Assembly (NCBI RefSeq): GCF_001194135.2
Contig: NC_068989.1
Coordinates: forward strand, 7,401,973-7,465,972
Reading direction: 5' to 3'
DNA from: Octopus bimaculoides
Taxonomy: Eukaryota
Length of the DNA: 64,000 nucleotides
Shown: positions 1 to 12,062 of the stretch, piece by piece
How the letters are laid out: each line of letters begins with the position of its first letter
How positions within the stretch are numbered: position 1 is the stretch's first letter
Notes under the pieces: generated by a model
What the model was told of the DNA's origin: nothing
Database searches by the model: none
What the model saw: the letters and a program-made list of their open reading frames with translations, nothing else
Translations under genes and position numbers: made by a program

Positions 1-14
1 ACATACATATATAT

Positions 15-49
<35 letters not shown>

Positions 50-139
50 CAGATATATATAAATATATATATTCGTAAATATATATATATATAAATATAT
101 ATATATGTATGTATATTCTTATATATACATCTATCTATT

Positions 140-190
<51 letters not shown>

Positions 191-494
191 ATCTATCTAT
201 ATCTATCTATATCTATATATATATATATTTATTTATTTATATACACACACACACATACAAACCTCTAACCAAACAGTCATGTCTGCATCCACCCATGCCT
301 ACTCTTCCAGAAAAAAAAAAGTAAAACCACATTTGATTATGTAGTCCTAGATACACCATATGCAAAACAGAAGACAAGCGAGCTATTCATACTTGCAAGG
401 ACTTTTATCACATATTCCCTTTATCAAAGTCGAACATTAAACAACAACAACAACAACAACAATCACAAAAATAGCCAAAAAGAAAATATCTTAC

Positions 495-570
495 TTGAGT
501 GAGTCAGGGAGATGAAACTGAATAAACCCAAAATAAAAAGGGAAACTAGGGATATTGTTGTGATCTTCAT
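495..570 (-). CDS. First coding exon (signal peptide) of an unidentified secreted protein; gene continues beyond the left edge
   Basis: ATG at 570 reads MKITTISLVSLFILGLFSFISLTHS+1 nt (basic N-region, hydrophobic core, small residues at the end). It is followed by a GTAAGA donor at 494 (phase 1). Upstream tandem CAG acceptors lie at about 618 and 625. Not in the ORF track because it is too short. Confidence 0.65.
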
Positions 571-857
571 GTCTTCAGGGTTCTTCACTGTGAACCAAAT
601 TCCTCAAAACTTTTCAACTGATAACTGATAAATGACAACCAAGATCTGTCGACAGATTTCAGAGAATCTCATTAAAGCATTTTAATTTTCGTTTCCTGTT
701 ACAATGCGTGTGTGTGTGTGTGTGTGTGTGTCTGTGTCTGTGTCCCCCGCATGTGTGTATCTGTCTGTCTGTTGTTCTTTTCCTCGAATATTCATCCGGG
801 TTTGGTTACAAACATTCATAACTTATTAGTGATGTTGAAATTGATGCTGTTGCCAAT

Positions 858-1845
858 GGTGGTGGTGGTGGTGCTTGTGGTGCTTGTGGNNNNNNNNNNN
901 NNNNNNNNNNNNNNNNNNNNNNNNNNNNNNNNNNNNNNNNNNNNNNNNNNNNNNNNNNNNNNNNNNNNNNNNNNNNNNNNNNNNNNNNNNNNNNNNNNNN
1001 NNNNNNNNNNNNNNNNNNNNNNNNNNNNNNNNNNNNNNNNNNNNNNNNNNNNNNNNNNNNNNNNNNNNNNNNNNNNNNNNNNNNNNNNNNNNNNNNNNNN
1101 NNNNNNNNNNNNNNNNNNNNNNNNNNNNNNNNNNNNNNNNNNNNNNNNNNNNNNNNNNNNNNNNNNNNNNNNNNNNNNNNNNNNNNNNNNNNNNNNNNNN
1201 NNNNNNNNNNNNNNNNNNNNNNNNNNNNNNNNNNNNNNNNNNNNNNNNNNNNNNNNNNNNNNNNNNNNNNNNNNNNNNNNNNNNNNNNNNNNNNNNNNNN
1301 NNNNNNNNNNNNNNNNNNNNNNNNNNNNNNNNNNNNNNNNNNNNNNNNNNNNNNNNNNNNNNNNNNNNNNNNNNNNNNNNNNNNNNNNNNNNNNNNNNNN
1401 NNNNNNNNNNNNNNNNNNNNNNNNNNNNNNNNNNNNNNNNNNNNNNNNNNNNNNNNNNNNNNNNNNNNNNNNNNNNNNNNNNNNNNNNNNNNNNNNNNNN
1501 NNNNNNNNNNNNNNNNNNNNNNNNNNNNNNNNNNNNNNNNNNNNNNNNNNNNNNNNNNNNNNNNNNNNNNNNNNNNNNNNNNNNNNNNNNNNNNNNNNNN
1601 NNNNNNNNNNNNNNNNNNNNNNNNNNNNNNNNNNNNNNNNNNNNNNNNNNNNNGGTGCTGGTGGTGATGGTAGTAGTGGTAGTGGTGGAGGTAATATTGG
1701 TGGTGGTCGTGGTCGTGGTGATTATGGTGGTGGTCATGGTTGTGGTGGTGGTGGTAATGGTAGTGGTGGTGGTGATTATGTTGGTGCTGGTGGTGATGGT
1801 AGTAGTGGTAGTGGTGGAGGTAATATTGGTGGTGGTGGTGGTAGA
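858..1845. repeat. (GGT)n-type trinucleotide low-complexity tract spanning an assembly gap
   Basis: GGT/GAT/GTA-rich tracts on both sides of the N-run at 890-1653. Similar low-complexity DNA lies at about 4975-5416. Confidence 0.85.
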
Positions 1846-2689
1846 GTTGGCGCCAATGTTTATAATTTTTGATGCATGGATGCACACTACAAATGCCTTC
1901 CTTTCATTAACTTTATCTCTCACAGCAAAATTACACAAACATTCATACATAAACATGAATGTATGTCATCATTCATTCGTCATCACTTGACCATCCACGT
2001 TTCCATGCTTGCCTGGGTCAGAGGGAGTTTATTGACACAGTTTCCCTACATCTGGATGCCCTTCCTGTTGCCAACCCTCGCCAGTTTCCAGGCAAGGTTG
2101 TTTTTCCCCATGACCAGAATATTTGGAAATGAACAACACTGCTTGTATAACAGTGACACTCATTTACAACTTTCAGAGAATTTCCTGACAAGGAGACACA
2201 AACACACACACATACACACATGCATGCGCACACACACACACACACACACACTTGTATATACATACATATTTTTTCTCTTTTCTCTTTTACTTGTTTCAGT
2301 CATTTGAGTGTGGCCATGCTGGAGCACTGCCTTTAGTCGAGCAAATCGACCCAGGACTTATTCTTTGTAAGTCTAGTACTTATTCTTGGGTCTCTTTTGC
2401 AGAACCGCTAAGTTATGGGGACATAGACACACCAGCATCGGTTGTCAAGTGATGTTGGGGGGACAAACACAGACACACAAACATATACACATACACACAC
2501 ACACATATATATATATATACATATATATGATGGGCTTTTTTCAGTTTCTGTATACCAAATCCACTCACAAGACTGGCTGGCTCAGAGCTGTAGTAGAAGA
2601 CATTTACCCAAAGTGCCACATGTTACCAGTAGTGAGTGCCACATGTTACCAGATGCTCAAGAGCATCCTGACATTATATACATATAATG

Positions 2690-3375
2690 AGGGGGATGAG
2701 GTGGTGAGGTACAACCTTCGAACATTGGGCCTCACTGACGCTATGACTTCTGACCGAGACCTTTTGAAATATGCTGTACGTGAGAAGACCAGGCAAGCCA
2801 AGTGAGACCTAAATCCAAGGCCTCTGCCAGGGGTGTAGCCAGCCCACTTATGTGTACCTTTTCTTCATTCGACACTAAACTCTGTTTGCGAAGACCTGTT
2901 GAGACAAGTAAAATCGAAATCAAATTAAATTCGACAACTGGCACCCATGCCAACGTCGTCTCCTTCATTGGACATGAAACTCGGCTTGCAAAGACCTGTT
3001 GGGGCAAGTGAAAACGAAATTGCGATGGCACCTGTGCCCAGCGTCGCCTTCCTGGCACTTGTAAGACATTCGAGCGAGATCATTGCCAGTGCCGCTGGAC
3101 TGGCTCCTGTGCAGGTGGCATGTAAAATACACCATTTTGAGCGTGGCCATTGCCAGTACCGCCTGACTGGCCCACGTGCCGTGGGCACGTAAAAGCACCC
3201 ACTACACTCTTGGATTGGTTGGCATTAGGAAAGGCATCCAGCTGTAGAAACTCTGCCAAATCAGATTGGAGCCTGGTGTAGCCATCTGGTTCACCAGTCC
3301 TCAGTCAAATCGTCCAACTCATGCTAGCATGGAAAGCGGATGTTAAATGATGATGATGATGATGATGATGATGAT
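2690..3375 (+). mobile_element. RTE-clade LINE 3' end (ORF2 C-terminus plus 3'UTR, (GAT)n tail)
   Basis: Encodes DEVVRYNLRTLGLTDAMTSDRDLLKYAVREKTRQAK*. The 3'UTR ends GGAAAGCGGATGTTAAA(TGA)n. Confidence 0.8.
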
Positions 3376-3426
<51 letters not shown>

Positions 3427-6400
3427 GTATACATAGGTGTTTTCGCTCAATAAACACTCACAATGCCCGGTCCGTCCAGAAATCAAAACCATGATCCTAT
3501 GATCTCGAGTTCACTGCCCTAACCACTGGGTCATTACACTTGCACAGCACAACAATATAGTATTGGTATCATTTTACATTCAACTAAAATATCTTCATTT
3601 CCCTAATTCAATAGTGTAATATTATTTTAAACGGAATTGGGATTTTACACAAAAACACTTGAAAAATTACTAGAAACAGTATGTCCGGTTAAACAGAGAA
3701 GAAACAAATATATAAGGCAGAGAGTTAGTCACAAGTTTAATTAACACATAATTAGTCTCACGGGCAAATTAAAGCCCCGCTGCAACCTTAATGAATTAAC
3801 CAGAGAGCCTACTTTCACAGCAAAATTAAATATAATTACACACACACACACACACACACACATTTAAAAATATATATTTTATTCTATTATTCTTTTACTT
3901 GTTTCAGCCATTTGGCTGCGACCATGCTGGAGCACACCTCCTTAAAAGGTGTTAGTTCAAAGAAACTGATCCCAGGACTTATTCTTTGTAAGCCTAGTAC
4001 TTGTTCTATCAGTCTCTTTTACCCAACCGCTAAGTTATCGGGACGTAAACACATCAGCATCGGTTGTCAAGCGATGGGGGTTCGGGCAAACACAGACACA
4101 GACACACACACACACACAAATATATACATATATATATATATATATTGGTTTATGGGATTACTTTAGGCTTCCTGTCCATAAAGGGTTANNNNNNNNNNNN
4201 NNNNNNNNNNNNNNNNNNNNNNNNNNNNNNNNNNNNNNNNNNNNNNNNNNNNNNNNNNNNNNNNNNNNNNNNNNNNNNNNNNNNNNNNNNNNNNNNNNNN
4301 NNNNNNNNNNNNNNNNNNNNNNNNNNNNNNNNNNNNNNNNNNNNNNNNNNNNNNNNNNNNNNNNNNNNNNNNNNNNNNNNNNNNNNNNNNNNNNNNNNNN
4401 NNNNNNNNNNNNNNNNNNNNNNNNNNNNNNNNNNNNNNNNNNNNNNNNNNNNNNNNNNNNNNNNNNNNNNNNNNNNNNNNNNNNNNNNNNNNNNNNNNNN
4501 NNNNNNNNNNNNNNNNNNNNNNNNNNNNNNNNNNNNNNNNNNNNNNNNNNNNNNNNNNNNNNNNNNNNNNNNNNNNNNNNNNNNNNNNNNNNNNNNNNNN
4601 NNNNNNNNNNNNNNNNNNNNNNNNNNNNNNNNNNNNNNNNNNNNNNNNNNNNNNNNNNNNNNNNNNNNNNNNNNNNNNNNNNNNNNNNNNNNNNNNNNNN
4701 NNNNNNNNNNNNNNNNNNNNNNNNNNNNNNNNNNNNNNNNNNNNNNNNNNNNNNNNNNNNNNNNNNNNNNNNNNNNNNNNNNNNNNNNNNNNNNNNNNNN
4801 NNNNNNNNNNNNNNNNNNNNNNNNNNNNNNNNNNNNNNNNNNNNNNNNNNNNNNNNNNNNNNNNNNNNNNGTTGCAGTTTCAGCGAGGTGGGGTGGGGGG
4901 AGAAGTGCTTTCTGAGGTAATTGTTAATTCTTGGAAGTTGTTGTTTCTAGCAAACAATAACATATAGTTCTAAGAACAACAACAACAACAATTATTATTA
5001 TTATCCTATTAATGCGGAAACAGTTAATGACGATGATGACGATGATGATGATGGCAACAATAATGATGATGATTATTGTGTTGGTAGTGGTGGTGTTATT
5101 ATTGTGATGGTGGTGGTGGTGGTGGTGGTGTTATTAAACAACAATAATTATGCTGGTACTGTTGTTGCTACAGTTGTCAGTGATGATGATGATGATGATG
5201 ATAAGAAGGCGGGGAGGGGAGGGGAGAAGGAGGAAGAAGATGAGGAAGGTGAGAAAGAGGAAGGGGAGGCGGAAGAGGGAAAGGAGGAGGAAGAAGAGGG
5301 AGGGGAGGAGGAGGAGGATAGTGCAGTGGTAATTGCAGTGGTGGTGGTAGCAATGACAACAACAGCAACAACCATGTCAATAACAGTAGTGGTGGTGGTG
5401 GTGGTGGTGGCGGTGGNNNNNNNNNNNNNNNNNNNNNNNNNNNNNNNNNNNNNNNNNNNNNNNNNNNNNNNNNNNNNNNNNNNNNNNNNNNNNNNNNNNN
5501 NNNNNNNNNNNNNNNNNNNNNNNNNNNNNNNNNNNNNNNNNNNNNNNNNNNNNNNNNNNNNNNNNNNNNNNNNNNNNNNNNNNNNNNNNNNNNNNNNNNN
5601 NNNNNNNNNNNNNNNNNNNNNNNNNNNNNNNNNNNNNNNNNNNNNNNNNNNNNNNNNNNNNNNNNNNNNNNNNNNNNNNNNNNNNNNNNNNNNNNNNNNN
5701 NNNNNNNNNNNNNNNNNNNNNNNNNNNNNNNNNNNNNNNNNNNNNNNNNNNNNNNNNNNNNNNNNNNNNNNNNNNNNNNNNNNNNNNNNNNNNNNNNNNN
5801 NNNNNNNNNNNNNNNNNNNNNNNNNNNNNNNNNNNNNNNNNNNNNNNNNNNNNNNNNNNNNNNNNNNNNNNNNNNNNNNNNNNNNNNNNNNNNNNNNNNN
5901 NNNNNNNNNNNNNNNNNNNNNNNNNNNNNNNNNNNNNNNNNNNNNNNNNNNNNNNNNNNNNNNNTCCTTTCAGGGTCGATAAATTAAGTACCAGTTACGC
6001 ACAGGGGTCGATGTAATCGACTTAATCCCTTTGTCTGTCCTTGTTTGTCCCCTCTGTGTGTAGCCCCTTGTGGGCAATGAAAAAATAAGAATCTGAAAGA
6101 AACCCATTGCATATATACATACATATATACATACATATATACATACACATATATATATGTCGTCGTCGTTTAATGTCCGCTTTCCATGCTAGCATGGGTT
6201 GGATGATTTGACTGAGGACTGGTGAAACCAGATGGCTACACCAGGCTCCAATCTGATTTGGCAGAGTTTCTACAGCTGGATGCCCTTCCTAACACCAACC
6301 ACTCAGAGAGTGTTGTGTATATATATATATGTATTTATGTATGTATTTGTGTGTGTGTGTTTGTCCCCACACCATCGCTTGACAACCAATGTCGGTGTGT

Positions 6401-6586
6401 TTACGTCCTCATATTTTAGTTGTCTGGCAAAAGAGACCGATAGAATAAGTACTAGGCTTACAAAGAATAAGAATTGGGGGTTGATTTCTTTGATTAGGGC
6501 ATGGCTCCAGCATGGCCACAGTCAAAATAACTAAAACAAGTAAAAGAATAAACGAATATTCCAGCAGCTATCAAAGTGAGATTTCA

Positions 6587-6940
6587 TATGAAAGACATGC
6601 TAAAAAGTTCCAGGCTTTAAGGGTATCGTGAACGGCCCAGCTGGAGGTCCAACCTGAAGAACACCTACAATAAATGCGTAAATCTGAGAGGGGTATCATC
6701 ATCCTTGTTTAACATCCGTTTTCCATGCTGACATGGGTTGGATGGTTTGACTAAGGTCTGGAGATCCAGTGGGCTGCACCGGGCTTCAATCTGATCTGGC
6801 AAGGTTTCTACAGCTGGATGCCTTTCCTTATGCCAACCACTCCGAGAGTGTAGTAGAATATGCTGAATAAAATTATTATCAACTGATCCTCCTGTATATT
6901 TTTTTACCCAAAGCCAAGAATTTTTCAGCACCCTCTCATA
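6587..6940. mobile_element. Mariner-like MITE (TA ends) with a nested RTE tail at about 6695-6860
   Basis: Imperfect TIRs TATGAAAGACATGCTAAAAAGTTCCAGGCTTT and AAAGCCAAGAATTTTTCAGCACCCTCTCATA. A related single end lies at about 63870-63927. Confidence 0.5.
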
Positions 6941-7017
6941 TATCTTTGTATCAACATATACAAAATTTTTATGTATACATACTTGGAAGACGTAATATGT
7001 ATAACATTATGGAGATG

Positions 7018-7054
<37 letters not shown>

Positions 7055-7199
7055 CGTTAGGAAGGGCATCCAGCTGTAGAAACTCTGCCAAATTAGATTG
7101 GAGCCTGGTGTAGCCATCCGGTTGCACCAGTCCTCAGTCAAATCGTCCAACCCATGCTAGCATGGAAAGCGGACGTTAAACGATGATGATGATGATATA

Positions 7200-7229
7200 C
7201 CGACTGACAGTCAGTCAGACAGACAGACG

Positions 7230-7295
<66 letters not shown>

Positions 7296-7420
7296 CAGAC
7301 AGACAGACAGATAGATAGATAGACAGACAGAAAGAGAGATAGATAGACAGACAGACATATAGATAGATAGACAGACAGACAGACAGATAGATAGATAGAT
7401 AGATAGATAGACATATAGAT

Positions 7421-7457
<37 letters not shown>

Positions 7458-7501
7458 TAGATAGACAGACAGAAAGATAGATAGATAGATAAATAGATAG
7501 A

Positions 7502-7541
<40 letters not shown>

Positions 7542-7557
7542 TAGATAGATAGACAGA
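7200..7557. repeat. Compound (GATA)/(GACA)/(GA) microsatellite
   Basis: Direct reading. A similar (TATC)n/(TA)n tract lies at 1-250. Confidence 0.95.
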
Positions 7558-8115
7558 TGTGCGTGCATTCACTTTAGCATAGATGTAACCCATAGTTTAT
7601 AGATTTTTTTACAAGAGAATTACCTCCCTTGACGTCGGCCTAAAAGCTAATGTTAAATTCATCCGGTGCAATCTGATGTCACTGCATCTCCATCTCGGGG
7701 GTTTTTCCTTCCAACCTCTTTACAGATACACACACACAAACACACATACACATAAACACATGTCCACACACTCAAACACACATATCCATACATCCTAGTA
7801 CACACACACACACATATATATATATACACAACATGCAAGGTGGTTCGCGTACGTTGAGGTAACATTCCTATATTTGGCTTTGACGGCTGTTTGCCCCTTT
7901 TTTATTATATTGCACTATATTTATATATATTCCTAGATATCTAAATACTTCTGTTGAACCACAGATATAATGCCGAATTCTATATTCCAAGGGTGTGGTG
8001 CACTTTAGTGTTTATTTTCTGTATATCTATTGTCAGGACTATCTCAGATTATCTCATCTAAATCAAGCACTGAAATTCCTTCTGTCCCTCGATGCCAAAT
8101 CGTATGGAAATGCTA

Positions 8116-8170
<55 letters not shown>

Positions 8171-11100
8171 NNNNNNNNNNNNNNNNNNNNNNNNNNNNNN
8201 NNNNNNNNNNNNNNNNNNNNNNNNNNNNNNNNNNNNNNNNNNNNNNNNNNNNNNNNNNNNNNNNNNNNNNNNNNNNNNNNNNNNNNNNNNNNNNNNNNNN
8301 NNNNNNNNNNNNNNNNNNNNNNNNNNNNNNNNNNNNNNNNNNNNNNNNNNNNNNNNNNNNNNNNNNNNNNNNNNNNNNNNNNNNNNNNNNNNNNNNNNNN
8401 NNNNNNNNNNNNNNNNNNNNNNNNNNNNNNNNNNNNNNNNNNNNNNNNNNNNNNNNNNNNNNNNNNNNNNNNNNNNNNNNNNNNNNNNNNNNNNNNNNNN
8501 NNNNNNNNNNNNNNNNNNNNNNNNNNNNNNNNNNNNNNNNNNNNNNNNNNNNNNNNNNNNNNNNNNNNNNNNNNNNNNNNNNNNNNNNNNNNNNNNNNNN
8601 NNNNNNNNNNNNNNNNNNNNNNNNNNNNNNNNNNNNNNNNNNNNNNNNNNNNNNNNNNNNNNNATATATATATATATATATATACATGTATCGATCTTAT
8701 TTAAATATATAATATATAAATTTGCTCGATCGATCATACGATCGTAGAAAGCCACTATTGTATTTATACATGTGTGTGTGTGGGGGATTTAATCTTCACT
8801 CTGTGTTGCTATTTACTAATTAGTGCATCTGTTTGTGTGTATGTGTATCTGGCTACATATGTGTGTGTGTGTGTTGTGACTAATTATATTGTTAATCAAT
8901 TTCAGACACCGGTGCGATACATTCTAACTTTCACTTCTGACCATGTCGTTTGTCTTTGGGGTTTTTTTTGTGATCTTTTTCTTTTTTCTGTTTTATTTTC
9001 TTCCTTCTCGTTATTGTTGATTCCAATTAGAATTACATGTTTCTCCTCGTTCAAGTTGTTCCTATGTCAAAAATACATATTTCTAAATTCCGACTCTGAA
9101 ATGCATAAAAGCGCCGAGCCATTAATCTTTACTTTCTGCATATTTAACGAGTGTTTCGTTTTTAATATTCCTCCGCTATTAAATACAAAGTTCACTTTTT
9201 GATTACTCATCTTTGTAACTGACAGCCTCCTTCCCATGGCAACCGATTCCACTTTATATGGGGTGGGTATATTAAGCAGTTACTTGATGTAAGGGATAAA
9301 ATTACCGGCAAGTTAAGACTACTTGTCAGTTTCGATTCTCGACTAGATCTCATCCACTCCACTTCACCGTGGGCCATTTTATGTCGTTGATGTCTTTGTG
9401 GCTGGTGAGGTACGGGCATCACAACATATCCTAGCTTTCTCTTCTATAAACCAGAAATATTCTCTTATCGAGAATAATTAAGATTTCATTATCAGCCCTG
9501 TTCACACACACACACAAACTGCAAAATATGGCTTGAACCAGGCCTTTTCGGAAGTTGTATAAATAATCCTAATCCACAAAGCGGAAGATCTTAAGAACAC
9601 GAATGCAATACATGTTGTGGTTATTTTTAAATTTAGAATTACAGAATAAAATGATGGGATCTTTTTTGCTTTATTTTTCTTTCTCCATCTTCTGCTCATT
9701 CATTCTCTCTTTGAGTCATTCTGTTCTGTTCGTATATCTCTTCTCCTTTCGACTTGAAATCCGAGCGAACTTCATTTTTCCACACAGTTCGACTCGATGC
9801 GTATTTAACTGTCATCTGAACAGTTTCAAACCCTTATAGTTCCTTCAGATCGCTCGTCACAATTACTGCCATGGTAGGTTTCTGTCGTGAACTAAGGTTT
9901 ACTTCTTAAAACGGTGCTGGCAGGTTTATATTGCCAGTGAATAAATATTATGTTCTGTAGCTCAGTGCTTTAGAAAAATAGACAGAATCCCCTTACTTGA
10001 CAAACAGGTCAAGGATGATAACAGGAAAAACATCCGACCCCAAAATACTACTTCAAATGAGTATGTATCCAACTTAGTCGTTGAAAACTGGACTTAATAA
10101 TACAAGTTGTGTTGGTGATTATAGTCATCGTCGTTGTTTCTGTATTGATGTAGGATACCCTTTTCTGTTCCTCAGTGCTACCCCCATTAGTTGAGGGGTT
10201 TGGTCCTGCAACTGACCTATATAAATGTCATTTCCTCCAATCCATCATGTTCGCTTTTTATCTGTTATTAATGTGATGAGCTGGCAGAATCAGTGGCACA
10301 CAAAATGCTGGCAGCATCTCTTCCAGTTCTATACATTCTGATTTGAAACACCAAGATCAACTGTGCTTTTCATCATTTAGGGATCGATAAAATAAGCTAT
10401 CAGTCAGACACTGGTGTTGATGTAATTGACTTAGCCCCTCCCCTCAAAATTGCTGGCCTTGTACCAAAATTTGAAACTGTTATATCTGTTGTTTGTTTTT
10501 TGTTTATCTCTCAGGTGTGTCATTGTGTAAACAAAATGAGGGAAAAACTGAAATGTCCTTTGCTGCCCACTTCTTTATGAATGGGAATTTGATTTGATAC
10601 CAGTAATTTCCACAGGTCAGTAACTCTATCTTTCCCTTCATTGTTGTTGTTACTATCATTGTCCTTGATCAGTAGCTGTGACCAAATCCACTTAGTCATC
10701 TAAACGTATTCAGAGCAGAACATGTGGTGAAAATTAGTTATTTAGATTGAGTAAAACAGAATGAATATAGCAAATTATTTTTAATCAATAAAAGCTAAAT
10801 TTTGAGCAGTAATTTATTTTCCATGTTTTTTTTTATCTTATCAACATGTGACCCTTTTAGATTTTTCCCTGACACATCTTCTCCACTATCCTGTTTCTTT
10901 TCCAAATGGGGTGGCCATGTACTTCCCCTACCACGAGACATCTGTTCTTGTCCTGTGTCTTACTTTAACCTCACACCTTCTAGCATACAACCTCTTCCTT
11001 CATTATTAATTCTCCCCTCATTTGGTGGGGGTCTTGTCCTGTGAATTACTTCGTAACCTCACTAGTACCGGTGCCACATGAAAAAAAAAAAAAGTACTCA

Positions 11101-12062
11101 AAAGTACAATCTGGAAAGTGGTTCGCATTAGGTAAACCATCCAGCCACAGAAACCATGCCGAAGCAGATTGTGGAGCCTGGTGCAGTCCACTGGCTCTCC
11201 AGCTCCTGTCGATCATCCAACTCAAACCAGCATGGAAAACAGAAGTTAAATGATGAAGATTAGGATCATAATGGGCATAGGCTTCGCTGTTTTTATTAGG
11301 AAGACGTTCGTATGTAACTAATGTGAAATGCAGAAAACAATGGACTGTAAGACTAACAGGGAATTAAAAAGTATCAGAGAATGGATGCAAGGGAGATAAG
11401 TTCACTATTATGTACACTAAGTGGAACTAATGGACAGCTACGTATAGATGGAAAACTGTTGTGTATCGATATAGAAAGAAGTAAAGTCAGGTTTAAGGAT
11501 GTTGAGGATCACAGTGCAGGGTCAGGACAAATGATTTACTGTATGGTAGAACTGTCCAACCTGTGTGAACTTGGAAAATAGAAATGGAAACGGATGATAG
11601 TGATGATGCCAGTTTGACTTTGTTACAAAAAAGAGAAGTTATTTTGTCGTTCTGTTGTATTAATATTAAAAACTTAATGAATTTCAACTATTGTTTTCTT
11701 TCAGTTGCCTGACCTGCCACAGCACGTGTCCCACTTTTGCTGCATCTGTTGTCCAGCTTACATAACCGTTGCCCTGCCTTGCCACACCAGTTTTCTTCAG
11801 CAGCTGTACGACTTACCACACAACGGTTGTCCAGTTTATCATAGTTATCGTCGTCCCACCTTCCTATAGCAACGTCTCCACCATACCTTGACCAGCGGCT
11901 GTTTTCTGTTTTGGCCTAAAACACCAGTTACCCAACGTTATTACACCGATAATGTAGCTTCCCACACAAATATCCCCAACAAAACAGTTAAACCTCATAA
12001 CAGTGCCTAGTTGTTTAATTTAAACTACCATTTGCCTGAGTTACTCTGCCAGTAGTGCCAGA

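Noticed and set aside
644-657. 14-bp palindrome ATCTGTCGACAGAT
   Set aside because: It is a single short palindrome within chance expectation for 64 kb, with no further support.
105-1990. Long ORFs such as 105-344, 712-1872, 806-1885, 826-1956 and 875-1990
   Set aside because: They are translations of microsatellites and N-gaps (YLSI, VVVV, HHHH, TTTT, X runs) with no coding signal.
5104-5982. Acidic/Gly-rich ORF (DDDD, EEEE)
   Set aside because: It is a mosaic of GGT/GAT/GAG simple repeats running into a gap, with no splice context or domain.
9207-9422. 71-aa minus ORF or exon-like block near the Kelch promoter
   Set aside because: No domain is recognisable and splice signals are ambiguous on both strands. 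It could be UTR, but the sequence alone does not support a call.
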